64,000 nt of DNA from Perna viridis (GCA_037379345.1 CM074511.1:66718862-66782861); one strand, 5' to 3'. Counted from the first letter of the stretch, positions 14,296 to 27,534 are shown. The notes: generated by a model not told the origin, from the sequence alone. Numbers and translations: made by a program.

Positions 14296-14835
14296 GAATC
14301 TTAAGTAACCATAGTGTTGATTATCTTTGACATTATTGTAGGTGAGCGAAAGATATGACAAATAATGGTGAAGTGACGACTGCTTACTGTTTATTCGCCA
14401 GCAACATAATAAAAACTTTTGGAAGGGCCATTGATTTATTTCCGACGTCGATTTTCCCATTCAAATTGCTCGAAGTGTACATGTGCTTGTCACACATTGT
14501 ATTGAACACGAAAAAAAACCAAATTACTTGTGTTTATCTAATAGCAGCATTTTGCGGCATGTGCCATCCAACTTTGAATTGTTGATAGAAGGGTACTTAA
14601 CATTGAAATTATTTATATTGTATATGAAATCCCAGAATTCATCCTAAGTTAGACTCAATTAAAATTGATAGCTGGAGTGTTTATGTGGACATGTTTTCCA
14701 TTCTGTTTTCAAAACAACTGTTTACCTAAAAAGCGAAAATTAGCCACGTACGGACACTTTTTACGAACCGACTTTCTTGGTATTTTGTTCATAAAAAATC
14801 TCCCAATTCAATGTTACGATAAGACATTTCAATGA

Positions 14836-15210
14836 ATAATCAAAGGAACAAAGGCAACAAAGAACATAAAATAACCAAAATAATACATACGAAGTAACAA
14901 AAGTAAATGAGAAACTCGGACTCTACTGAAAACTTGAAACATGGTTTGGTGCACCGGTAGGGTAAGCGTTCTCTGTTTTTTTAGAAACACCCGCTGCCTA
15001 GTTGCTCATAAAATGGTGCGTCTAGGTTTGGTGAAAGATGAAAAGAAAACTATGACAAGGTGAACAAATCGGTTTTCAGGGAGCAAACGGATAAACCGTA
15101 ACAAACCACGAGCTCAAGATCACAACCATAACTTCAATTTCGTAGCAGTAATACCCTGTTCAGAGAGTCTAGCTCGGTCCGCGTAGTTACGGCAAGCTCT
15201 GGCACGGGGC
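14836..15210 (-). mobile_element. Penelope-like element, degenerate 3' part
   Basis: RARACRNYADRARLSEQGITATKLK plus the family A 3' UTR. Confidence 0.8.
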
Positions 15211-16624
15211 GTTAAACCAATGATGCTTCTTTGGAAGTGTTCATTTAGAGCAAAAATGTCGAAAATGCGGTTTTTACTAATTCTGTAGCTAATTTTGGTC
15301 CTCAAACTGATTTTTCACAAATTTGCATTTTTTGAGAACAATAGACGTTTTTCTACAGATTCTAATGCTTTAAGGCATTTGAACAACAGTTTTTTTTCAA
15401 ATAGGCCTTACTTGTGATCATAATCCTGGGGAAAATGTTTCAAATGTATTAATCTTTGTCTTTTATCGTTGTGATTAATTGTATTACACAACATGTTTTG
15501 ATGCTTGTATTACACATTTGCGTCTCAATAGCTTGAATTATTGTTTTACTTTCCACACTCTTTCTCTCAATCACGATGCAGATTTTTGCATGCTTGCGTA
15601 TCCAAGAACTTAAAAGATTTACTTATGTAATTATGTATAGTATTGTTTCAATATTTTACAGCAGTTGTCAAGTTGCTTTTTGTTAAATCCTTGTCATTGT
15701 GAACCTAGACATATTCGACAAATCGTTTCCTACTCAATAAGTGTATAAGCTTACAAAGAAAATTAGGAAAGAAAATCTTTATGTTAACGAGACAGGCTTG
15801 TTAGACAAAATTCTATCGTGTCAATATGTCGAGTATACACGCAAACCGTGCATTCAACTCCCAAGTTGTGTTTGTTCTTCTCAAGTATCTATAATTCATA
15901 CCGGTATTAGCTTATATTTCTTTCAAATAAAAAAGAAATCTTATTGAAGTGCTGTCTCGACACGACACCGTACTACAAACATTGCATTACGTGGCTATTA
16001 TAAGCATCAACATGGATGTCTCAAGATTACTTCAATGTCAACAGTTTTCCCAATACTAATGACAACGACGTAGATATATACATGATTACTGATAACCATA
16101 GATTGTGGGTTGAAACATTTCAATTGAAATGTATAAGTTGCCAGGTGTAAGTATTTTGTATTGATTTTGTCAATACCGTTTTGAGTTTAAAGTGTTTAAA
16201 CAATAAACAAAATATTCTCTTTTAATGATAAACAAATTTCATATTTTTGTCCATTTGTAGCGGTTTATGGTCTGATAGACAATGAGCATGTGACGATAAA
16301 GTCTTCTCAGTTTTCAGTACTTCATGATATAATATTTATTTATTGCAATCCAACAGATAGATATAAATACAAAATAACTCATATTAATACAGTGGTTCAA
16401 GGAGTAACCTGTCATCAGCAGCATCTGAATCAAATACAAAGTATGATCTGCATCGAAAAAAGAATTGTACTCAAGAACTATTAAAAATTAAAACTGTCGA
16501 AACAGGAAGTCAAATCCATCACCAAGAGGTTTTACCATGTGCATTACAATCAAGTGAAATGTACGAACATCATTGATAAGCCATTGAAAATGTATGGAGC
16601 GCCGCAGCTGCCGTATGCGTACTT

Positions 16625-17415
16625 ACTTCTATATATGTACATACTTGTCCATATATACACATACTTTGTCTATTTATGCAAATATTTGTTTATATGCACA
16701 TATTTGTTTATATGCACATACTTTTTCTCTTTATGCATATACTTTTTCTCTTTATGCACATTCTCCATGCAGGTCCGGGTGTTGAAGAATAGGCCTGCAG
16801 CAGCGCTAAGTTCGTCGTAAAAGGCGACTAAATAGTGCTCAGAACCCTAGCCGGGGGCTAGGGCGCTCTGCCCACAGAGCAACTGGAATGTGTGCCCCAG
16901 GAGGTGGAATGGGGTACCCCTGGTGTGTTACATGCTGGGGTTGACAGTGGCAATCAAAATTTGTCGACCCCATTGTCCTTGTGTCCCATCCCTTTTTCAT
17001 TTCATCATCATTTCATGTTCATTGTCTGAATATACCTGAAATATTGCTGCTCGGACGTTAATCCCCAACAGACAAACAAACAAACTCTTTATGCACATAC
17101 TTTGTCTTTTTATGCAAATATTGTCTATATGCACATACCTTTCTCTATATGCACATGCTTGTTCTATATATGCACATACTTTTTTCTATATATGCACATA
17201 CTTGTCTATATATGCACATACTTTTTTCTATATATGCACATACTTGTCTATATATGCACATACGTTTTTCTATATATGCACATACTTGTCTATATATGCA
17301 CATACTTGTCTATATGTGCACATACCTTTCCCTATATGCACATGCTTGTTCTATATATGCACATACTTTTTTCTATATATGCACATGATTTTTCTCTATA
17401 GTTTTTCTATATATG
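16625..17415. repeat. Subterminal tatatgcacatac minisatellite of the family 1 transposon, interrupted by a SINE; inverted counterpart at 20155-20290
   Basis: Many short units built on ctatatatgcacatac. Confidence 0.9.
16762..17084 (+). mobile_element. SINE with structured non-tRNA head, internally deleted copy
   Basis: 14-bp TSD ctctttatgcacat (16748-16761 and 17085-17098) and a ggacgttaatcccc(aaac)n tail. Homologous to 40549-41062 but missing the central part. Confidence 0.85.
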
Positions 17416-17602
17416 TCACGTAGTTCTCCATGTGTATACTTTTATCTGATTTTCCTGGTAGTTCTTCGTGGGTATACTCATATTCAATATGAGAATGGCC
17501 ATGCATATAATTTACATTTTCCGGATGGAAGGAATGCTGGGTAAAAGTAAGCATTAAATAAAAGGCAGAGCCTCTGATGCTGACTGTGTTAAAGAAAATT
17601 GA

Positions 17603-18876
17603 TTGCAAGAAGTGTACGAAAATTTGGAACTTGAAGCCATAACTCCTGATATCATTAGTCTGCTCTCAAAACAAAATTTGCAAATGTTAGGTATCCCAAA
17701 TGCATGTAATATGATGAAATTGCAGGCAGAGAGTGTCAAATATGGAAAATCCAAACTACAGGAAATAAGAGGATATTCCGGAGCACCGAAATTTGATATT
17801 GATAAATTAACGGTGGACAATTTGTTAGATTGTGCTTCCAAATATCTGAAATAGAAAAACTTTTATTAGTATCAGAGCGCACAACATATCGTCGAATGGC
17901 CCACTTTGGATTGTCAAAGCCACAGTTTTTTTCGAAATAGACGGTGATGATCTGGAAAGAGTTGTTTCGGAAACCATTAAAGATTTCCCTGTGTGTGGCG
18001 AGCAAATGCTTCGACAACTGTTAAGAACGAAGTGTTTAAAAATACTCAAGGAAATCATTCATGAAATAGATTTGTCTGGAGTTCACGTAAGAAATGCAGG
18101 TCCTCTCCATCGGAGTACTTATATAACATAATGGGCCCTAACCATTTGTGGCACATAGACACCGACCATAAACAAATTCGATGGAGTTTTGTAATAACTG
18201 GTGGCACTGACGGATCTAGTAGGGTGATTCAGTTTCTTTCATGTAATGACAACAACTCTTCTAAAACTGTTATGAAAAGCATCCTTACGGGTGTTGGTAA
18301 CTATGGCATCTATTGAAAATTAGATCTAACAAGGGCCGGGGAAATATATCTGTAGCGGATTTTGTGCTGAAGAAACGAGGTGAAAGCGGCATTATCATAG
18401 GTCCCAGTACCTACAATCAACGGATCGAACGACTCTGGAGGGACATTTTTGAATGCGTATTTTGCTACTACTTTTATAATCTTTTCTATTACATGGAGGA
18501 TCATTGCATTCTTGACCCCTTAAATGGTCAACATTCGGCACTTCACTACATGTTCAAGGATAAAGTTAACAGAAGGCTGAATGTGTACGTGGTATACGGA
18601 ATAAGGACTATAAAGGCTTCCTCTCTGAAAGTTTGGAGCCCAGGACAAATTTAGAACCCAGTCGGTATGCAAATGAATGAAGCGGAATTAACAGAAATAA
18701 GAGTTGAAGGGGACAATAACGATTGTGTTGCTAGAGATGGGAGAAACACCAATATTTCAACCCTTAAATCTCATAAGTGTAGGGAGATCCTAAGCAATGA
18801 ATTAAATAGAACAGGCGAGAACTTTGGTATTGATGACTACTGGAAGTCTTTGGTTATCATATCGGCAAATACTTAA
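17603..18876 (+). pseudogene. Frameshifted integrase-core (DDE) transposase with HTH regions and a SAM-like N-terminus
   Basis: Motifs GPNHLWHIDTDHKQIRWSFVITGGTDGSSR, KIRSNKGRGN and GPSTYNQRIERLWRD are spread across broken frames. Confidence 0.85.
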
Positions 18877-19321
18877 CATTAACATAATCATAAAAATAAT
18901 ATGCCATTTAAATACAAACATGATTATCAAAGAATACTGCCTTAGAATCAAACTATTTTGTATTGATTCAGTATTGTTCTTTTCAACAGTTAACGGGGTA
19001 GCTAAAATTGTTTTTATTATTAACCATCAACCACAAAATATTGAAAGTGAACCCTACTATACCAATATATATCTACTGACCAAGTATCATTTCCATAACA
19101 TGTCTAGTATCCGAGAAACGGGCGTTAGCCAGAGAACTTAATCAAGATAGGGATGGACGTAGGTATGTTGGGACGGACAAGGGTATAACGTTTAAAAAAA
19201 TTGTCATTTTATAAATTTTCCGAAGACCGGAAATGAGGGAATGTCGTGATACATGAATGAAATGACAAGTTGGTGTTGATGTTTAAGCAAAATTTATCGA
19301 ATATTTTTTACACCAAATCCT

Positions 19322-19990
19322 TAGTTGTCATTACATAAAAGAAACATAATCCCCTACTAAATCCGTCAATGCCATAATTTTTACAAACCTCCATCGAATT
19401 AGTTTATGGTTGGTGTCTATATGCCACAAATGGTAAGGACCCATTACGTTATAAGTTCTCCGATGGAGACGACATGCCTTTCTTACATGATTTCCAGACA
19501 AATCTATTTCATGAATGATGTCCCTGAGTCGCCATCGTTGTATTTTAAACCCTTCGTTCTTAATAGTTGTCGAAGCATTTGCTCGCCACACATAGGGAAA
19601 TCTTTAATGGTTTCCGAAACAACTCTTTCCAGATCATCATCGTCTATTTCGGAAAATTGTAGCTTTGACAATCCTAAGTGGGCCAATTCGACGATATGTG
19701 GTGCGCTCTGATACTAATAAAAGTTTTTCTATTTCAGATATTTGGAAGCACAATCTAACAAATTGTCGAATGTTAATTTATCAATATCAAATTTCGGTAC
19801 TCCGGAATATCCTCTTATTTTCTGTGGTTTTGGATTTTCCAAATTTAACACTCTCTGCTCGCAATTTTATCATGTTAGTTGCATTTAGGATACCTAACAT
19901 TTGCAAATTTTGTTTTGAGAGCAGACTAATGATATCAGGAGTTATGGCTTCAAGTTCCAAATTTTCCTACACATCTTGCAATCCCATTTT
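19322..19990 (-). pseudogene. Inverted 5' half of the same transposase (right arm)
   Basis: FSEIDDDDLERVVSETIKDFPMCGEQMLRQLL and RRTYNVMGPYHLWHIDTNHKLIRWRF; truncated after the first catalytic Asp region. Confidence 0.85.
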
Positions 19991-21515
19991 CTTTAACACA
20001 GTCAGCATCAGGGGCTCTCTGCCTTTTGTTTAAGGCTTACTTTTACCCACGATTCCTTCAATCCGGAAAGAGTAAAGTATATGCATGGCCATTCTAATAT
20101 TGAATATGAGCATACCCATGAAGAAAATCAGGTAAAAATATACACATGTGTATACTATGTGCATATATAGAAAAACTGTAGATAAAAAGTATGTGTATAT
20201 ATAGACAAGTTTGTGCATATATAGAAAAAAGTATGTGCATATATAGAAAAAAGTATGTGCATATAGAAAAAATGTATGTGCATATAGAGACATAAGGCAG
20301 CTGCGGCGTACCTCAACTTTTCACAATAGGTAGTAAATGAACTAGAATGGGGGGAAAGTAAAAAGAAATCACGTTTTCAATTAACAATTAGTATGTAAAC
20401 TATTTTCTACTATTCGACAAATATTTTACCCCAACAAACAAACAAACAAACAAATCAATGTTTTCCATGTTAAAAAAAAACATATATTTACTTGAGATAA
20501 TATTACACACATTGTATTTAAAAGATTTTAATGCAATCGGATACGCTTTACTCTTTTTGCACTTTTACTTTTTAAAAGTAGATAAAGGGCAAAACGTGGT
20601 TAAGTTTTAAAGCAACTTCAACGACGAAACGCTTCAACAGACCCATAAAATATTAAATGTAAAACTCATTAAGTCATATGATAGCAAATAACAAATATAT
20701 ACGTATATTGACATCATTTCTAAACAGCTAGTTAGGAGAAAAAGTGATATAATGTGTTAACATTTATTTATCATAGAAAACAAACCATCGTATTCTTTAA
20801 CATATGCCTCGTTGAAATCAATTCGTGGGTCATTAACGTGTCTTCATGTCGTTATTTCAGTTTTTATATTGAAGAAGTGTCATCGTTCTATTAACGTAGG
20901 TTGTATTATTTGTCGGGGCCTTTCATAACTTACTTGAAGGTGTGTTTACACTCACTGAAGAACATTCGGTGATCTCTGTAAGTATTTACCATTTTTAAAG
21001 GAGTCATACGTTGTTCGTTTGTTGCGTTTCACCATATTCGTTCCCTTTTCTTTTAATAACTTTGAGACCGTTTTTTTCTCCATAAAATTGTTTGGTTACT
21101 CATTATTCTCTTACTGTCTCCTATATATCAGTAACTTTGGGTAAGTAATAGTGTCCTTTCTACCAAATTCATAGATGACAAATTTATTTCTGTTCGAATG
21201 CAAATTTTAAAATTTCTTTTATATTTAAAATAGCATGATTGTCTGTGCTCATACCCGGTTATTATGTGTAAGATCAAAAATGCATCGTAATAAACGTATT
21301 TCATTCTTGCTAATGTCGTTATATTTATATCTTATATTAAAATTTTGTCATTTCTCATTTATTACCCCAAATATGTAAGCATTGTTTTTTTTCTATAATC
21401 ACGCTCATTTTATGTCTGTGCTAGACAGATTTCTGACAGATATGAAACTCAGTTTAGAGTATTAAGAATTGCTTTTAAAGAATTGAGATTATAAAGACTT
21501 CAAATATAAGAAAGA

Positions 21516-21690
21516 TAAATCAAGGAAACTAGGATTTAAACAGATATAACAAAAAGTACCTACTTTATGGATTACGACTACACAAAGAACGTAGACACAT
21601 GAAATAACCAAAACATCATGCACATAGAACCGTCAGTAAATGAGCCACCAGGACTCCACTAAAACCTAGGACCATGGACCAGGTACACCG
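21516..21690 (-). mobile_element. Old Penelope-like 3' UTR fragment
   Basis: Degenerate match to the family A UTR (ggactccactaaaac...catggaccaggtacaccg). Confidence 0.6.
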
Positions 21691-21696
21691 CCAGGA

Positions 21697-22433
21697 TAAG
21701 GGTGCACTATGAAGTTACGTTAAGGCACACTGTTTCGCACACCAAGTTATCCCGGTCAAATTTTGTAAAACATAAAATTAATAGTTGAATTTTGGTGGAT
21801 ACATTGTTTAAATGTAGTTAAGCATTTATACATAGACAGATGTAATATGTGTAATGGTAAACAGGTGTAATTTAAATGAAGAATGGTATCCGGAACCTTT
21901 CAGTCCCCTGCCGTATTAGATTCTCTCTTCAGCATCAGATGGCTGATTTTCAAAATACCTAATTTCGCACGAACTTTTGGAACTAAAATTGTGAGAGAAT
22001 GAATCGAAAAGAGTCTTATCATGTATGTCTGCTTTCCATGTCTGGTCTTTGTCCCTGGATTACATTCTTTTGATTACCGCTATAACCTTGGTTCCCTTGA
22101 TTACTCTTTAACCCTTTTTCCATCTACTCCATGCATGCTTTCAACCTGCGGTAGTGTCTAAGTGCCTGATATTTTATAAAACATAGTAATTGGCTGATTT
22201 GTACTAAAACTCAGTAATATTTTTTAGTATGTTACCATGGCTACTGGATTTTATAACAACAATCACTAAATTACTTATAAAAGACTTGAACCTCCACACA
22301 CCGAGGATTTCAAAAATATTCACTTTTATAACTGAACACTATAAATTTCTGTGCGGACTGCCGCAAAACAGCTTTATTTCAACAAAATGAGGCCATTTTT
22401 TTTAGAAATGACCTAACTGTATTGTACTACCTA
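21697..22433. mobile_element. Partial non-autonomous DNA transposon related to 59712-60045, with a nested Penelope-like 3' end (22020-22107, plus strand)
   Basis: Shares taagggtgcactat...ctgtttcgcacac and aaatttctgtgcggactgcc...gtattgtactacct with 59811-60045. Confidence 0.6.
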
Positions 22434-23170
22434 AGCGTCCTCTTTTTTTTCTAGAAATACCCGTCAATAAAATGTTACCTCCAGGGTAGCTTGAAAAACT
22501 ATGACTTATAACGATGCATGATTTCATGATGACGACCATAAAACTTTTTAACATATGACTTGAATCTTGTAGAATCAAAACCCTGTATCAGAAGCCTAAT
22601 TGTAAGACTGGTACAAAAAGTCATTTCGACAAGTTCCCGCATAACATATGAATGATATAAAAACTCCATACGAGGGGCTGAAGAGATGTTGCCACAGATG
22701 AATTTGGCGATACGAAACAAGAAGACATTATGCTTGTCGTATAGTTTATTCAAGGGGTATTTACCTTTCCTTCGATCTCTTATAGTAGGTCAAGATATGA
22801 GGCCGACTTCAATTTGTCTCAAGTTCTTTGAGGTACATGTCTTACATTAAAATTCACAAATCCCTTTTTAAGGACAAAACGTCGTCTGTATGGCGGAAAC
22901 TGAGATCAGAGGATCCGACTAAATGTTCCTTCGTTTAGATAAGCTTAGCTATAAAGTCAGTCTCATAAGAGTAGTGAAGGGATAGATCAGCGAGTAGGGG
23001 ATCACAGTTTGTCTGGAATGCCGACGCTTGATGAAAATAAATCCCGTCCGCTATCCAGGGCAATACGTTGTCGAAAAAATAATTCAAGCATTTTGATAAC
23101 AACTTTGGTATATTTAGAAGATGATTTGGAATCGTTATTATTACAAAGTATGAAGAATCTCTGCCAAGTA
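22434..23170 (-). mobile_element. Old Penelope-like RT relic including the catalytic region
   Basis: Degenerate TNCDPLLADLSLHYSYETDF (compare GTNCAPLLADLFLYSYE), FRHTDDVL (compare FRYIDDVL), LYDKH...ICGNISSAP and KKFYGRHHE. Confidence 0.8.
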
Positions 23171-23212
23171 ATACACTCCTTGAAACGTTCACTTTTCCCA
23201 TTCGTGCATCGT

Positions 23213-23730
23213 ATAACCAAGGTTATAGCGGTAATCAAAAGAATGTAATCCAGGGACAAAGACCAGACATGGAAAACAGATATACACAACAAAGAACATA
23301 AAGTAACTAAAATCATACATACAAAGTAACAAAAGCAAATGATCAACTCAGACTCCATTAAAAACTGGGAACATGGAGCAGGTGCCCCGGTAGAGTAAGA
23401 GTCCTCTGCTTTTCTAGCAACACCCGCCGAGTTGCTCATAAAAAGTCAAGTCCGGGGTAGACAATCGAGGAAAGGAAAACTATGACCCATTGAATAAATC
23501 AGTTTTCATGGTGCAGATGGATACACCATAACGATCCACGAGTTCATGATGACGACCATAAAACTTCTGTTGTGATGACTTCAATCTTGTAGCAACATAA
23601 CCCTGTTCCAGAAGCCTATTAGTTCTAGCGCGATACAAAAAGTCTGCGTAGTTTCGGCAAGCTCTGGCATAACGTATGAGTTGTGATATGAACACTCCAT
23701 ACGCAGGTGCCAAAGTGATGTTGCCACAGA
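23213..23730 (-). mobile_element. Well-preserved Penelope-like (Naiad-type) element 3' part
   Basis: APAYGVFISQLIRYARACRNYADFLYRAR...KFYGRHHELVDRYGVSICTMKTDLFNGS then a stop at 23480, followed by about 270 nt of UTR. There is no C-terminal GIY-YIG domain. Confidence 0.9.
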
Positions 23731-26700
23731 CTAACGTTCGAATATTAGCCTAAATATGATCAAAACTGCCAATACAATACAAAATACTACGCATCATTCC
23801 AATATGGATAGACAATAGAAACCAATTTGGAAAACTTTACACAATAATACAGTAATAAACAATGCAAAAGGAAAACTCAGTGATATTGCAATAGTGATAA
23901 TATCACTGTATTGGACATATTGCACTATAAAAACAGTGTAAAAATCACACCTCAGCTAAAAATAACACTAGAAAATGTATTGTTGTATAGACGCTATTGT
24001 ATAGACATTCCGTAACATCAGAATTCGACGTTGGTTGACACTTTCCGCTTCTTGCTTGCTTGTTTATTGAAACACGTGCACAGTAAAGCAAAATACACAA
24101 TGTTTTTTTATTGGTAGCAGTTGAAAAAAATATTAAAAAAAAGATTTAAAAAATAGAAAAGATTAATTAATTTGGTTATCAGTACCACCGGTAAATTAAA
24201 TTTACACATGCAAGTGCACCGCAGCGTGGAATGCAACCGCCACATATATGCAAATTCTGTCTGTCTAGAGAGGGAACATAGCAACTTTCTCCTGCGATAA
24301 GTAACAATGTGCATTTTGGTAAACATGTATGATTTTTTGTTACATGTACCAAAAGCAGAATTTGGACCTTTCACAACTTAGTATTTCGATTGAAAGAGCT
24401 TTCTATTCATCAGAAAATCGGGCTTTCATCAACACCCATTAGATAGCCCTTCGTTGATTCTTATTTTATTTGCTCATTTGCGTTTTCCAAAATAAAAAAA
24501 AATGTTTATGACTCCCTTTTCTGCATTCACTTTATCTATTAGCATCTGCTTTTCTATACCTTTTTAAAGTTCTGTCAACTCTTTTTTTTTTGCGTTTCAG
24601 TCATTCCACTCCGATCGAATTCCTATACACTATAAGAATTTATTCTATTCTGTTTTTGGTTTATTCTTTCGTTTGTTAATAACACAAAATACAGATACTT
24701 TTAGTCTCTTTATATCCTTTTGATATCGAGTTTTTTTTTGTTTTTTTTTGGGGGGGGGAGGGGTTATTTTGTTTTTTTTTTTTTTTTTTTTGTTTTGGTC
24801 TCTTTCAGTTGCATGTTCTACACTTGTAATTTTGTAATTGCAGAAAACGTTGCAAACGTTCAAAAAGTGACAGTTGGACAGATCGCTAGACATTTGTTTT
24901 GTTCGAATTTTCTCCGTTTTAAACGGTTTAAATCATAAAAAATGAAATAATTGTATTCCTAAGTGTATGTACAATTACATTTAGTATCATTATTTCATAG
25001 AAGAAATTGCCAAATGATTGCAGAATTGCGTTGGAGCATGAAATTTTCTCAACGAACCTGGAAAATATTGACATCTGACATTTCGTGGAAAATTTTCAAA
25101 AACACGTAACTTTTTTGTTTGTACTGAAAATTTTTTCAAATGCCGACTTAGAATTGCTGAAAGTATGTACATTGTTAGCAAATATTAATCGGAAAAGAAT
25201 ATTGTGTAAATAAGTTCTTACATTAATAATATAATTTGATTACTGAACACTTTTAGAAATCTGACCATTTACCAACACTTTCATTTTTGCATTGAACATT
25301 TTTTGCCTAAAATTAATGCAATTCGATAATTTCGATAATTATCTCATAAAGAACATATGAAATTATTCTATACTCCGCGGAGAAGCCGTTTGGCTAAAGG
25401 AATGAGCAAGTCATTTAAAACAATTTAAACGACAGTAGGTGTCAATAAAGTCGTAGAAAATATTTTTATTCAAATTTTAACAGTATGTTATTTATGTGAC
25501 GCCGAGTATAACTAGAATAACGTCTTTAATTCTATAGACGTACCGTACGATTTTGGTGTTATATTTGGTAACGTCGAAATCGGCAAAATTTCGACGTCTT
25601 TTTGTATTGCGACGTACATCGTTCTGTAATTGTTACATGTAAAAAGAAGTGTGCTTATTTAATTTTTTACATAAAATAACACACACGACATGTTTTGTTA
25701 TTTAATTGTCCGATTCGATATTAATTTTTCGTACGTTTTGGTCTATTGAAATGATCAGATTATATTCTGATATGGTCAATAGTTTGACAACCATTTAAAA
25801 ATGATTTGAAGGGAATTTTATCCTATGAGAAAAATGTAAGGAATTATGAAAAAAAAATCGTGATTCCATAATAAAATACTCTCACTAAAACAGAAATCCA
25901 ACAAACCTACAAACAAAAAAGTCAGTAACACACCCCCCCCCCCCGGAAATCAAATTGTGGATGCGTATAAAGTGAATTTATTTCTTTCCTATCTGGTTTT
26001 ATAACTCTAATGTAGATGTATGATGATATTTCCGAATATTTTTTTATTCATTACATCAACAGTCGTATTAATTGAATCTAGTATCGTAACTCTTCAATAC
26101 TATTTACTGTTTTTAAAATTGACGTTAAAAGGGTTCTTACGTTGCAAAATAGAACGTTACTCAAAAGAAAAAATGAAATGATAAAACCATAGAGGCGGAT
26201 GAATACATTTCTAAGTATATGAAGAAATCGGCTCAACACCATTTGCATTTTTGAACAATTCGTTCGAATTTTGCATGGTGTACGCGTGAATAAATAAAAT
26301 GTACAAATTTTAGATGTTGTGACATGTTGGTTAGACACAGACAAAATGCTGCGATAAGATACATGTTCAACCAAGTACCATTATTTTTAGAATATACTAT
26401 CTACAGCATATAACTCAAAATTTCATAGTTATTAGTTCACTCAAAGGTAACGAAAAAAAGCTTTTGATAAAGACCGGGTAGCACGTAACGTGTAGAAAAC
26501 GTCGGGAAAAAGACAACGTGACGTCACAACATACGTGCGTATTTATCTACTATTAGACAATAAAACTCATTGTATTTCTAGAATAAACATGATATTCTGA
26601 ATAATTATACAGTCCTTTAAGCGTGAATATACTTTGGTAAAAAATACTATTCGTTGTTATATTTTACAAACGTAAGCAAGAAAGTAGCCAGAGGCCAACG

Positions 26701-27534
26701 TCGAAAAAAAGATTTGTGACATAATTGAAATATGGACAAAAAGGCTTTTAACAAAAAGACTGATTGAACATTTTATATATAACTTCATTTGGGGTTATGT
26801 AATAAATTGTCAATATAGTTAATAAAGTTCAGATTAAAAAAAAGCATAACTTTAAAAAAAATGTCTAATATTTTGTCCTCAAATCGATTTCTTTCCATTT
26901 TTACAATGTCCACATCAAACGGGGGATATTTGTGATATTGTAATACACTTTGATCTTCTCATTACGTCATGAAAAATATGGCATCGTCTGCAGCACAAAC
27001 TGCTCTTTCCAAAAAAGTTTGTTTTTTTTCAAAAATACGACAAGAAATACCTTAGATATATTGGTGAAATGGGAAACAAGTATTTCTTAATGTTACCCGT
27101 CCACATATGGAAATGGACTTTCTTGTGATCAAATAATGCTTTTCCTCTTTCAAAGATTTATGATTATAATCCTAAAACAACAACCATTTTCGAAAATTTT
27201 AATATCTATATTGCCTTTGATAACTCCACATTCTAATAGCAACATTTAAGTTTTCGTAACCCGCCCCGGTTCAGTCGAATGTGACGCCAACAACGTACGC
27301 AACATCATACCAGTTTTTCAGCATTGAAATGACAGCAGAGAAATTCAATCAGATAACGACCTGCTTCAGCTGTATTTGTTAACTTTTATTAACACTTAAA
27401 AGATACTTCAGATACATGTATCTTAAGTGGGATTTATCAAGAAAATCATTTACATATATATATAATTATTTTTCTTTCTGTGTGCAGAGAAATTGATCTT
27501 AAACATTCCTGTTATTTCGCTACCGTACAATAAA

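Larger units (their letters stand above)
16593..20310 (+). mobile_element. IS3EU/IS481-like DDE DNA transposon (family 1) with long inverted arms
   Basis: Left terminus is TATGGAGCGCCGCAGCTGCC. The right end reads TACGCCGCAGCTGCC on the minus strand. 19322-20310 is an inverted copy of 16593-18252 without the SINE. No TSD was found. Confidence 0.75.

Noticed and set aside
17091-17423. Tyr/His/Cys-rich ORFs in all three frames
   Set aside because: Artefact of the tatatgcacatac minisatellite.
16587-20316. TSD around the family 1 transposon
   Set aside because: The left flank aaaatg and right flank cctcaa do not match, so transposition as one unit is unproven for this element.
23213-23479. SECIS element in the Penelope-like 3' UTR
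   Set aside because: ATGA is present but forms part of a Watson-Crick outer stem. There is no correctly spaced apical AA or GA quartet partner.
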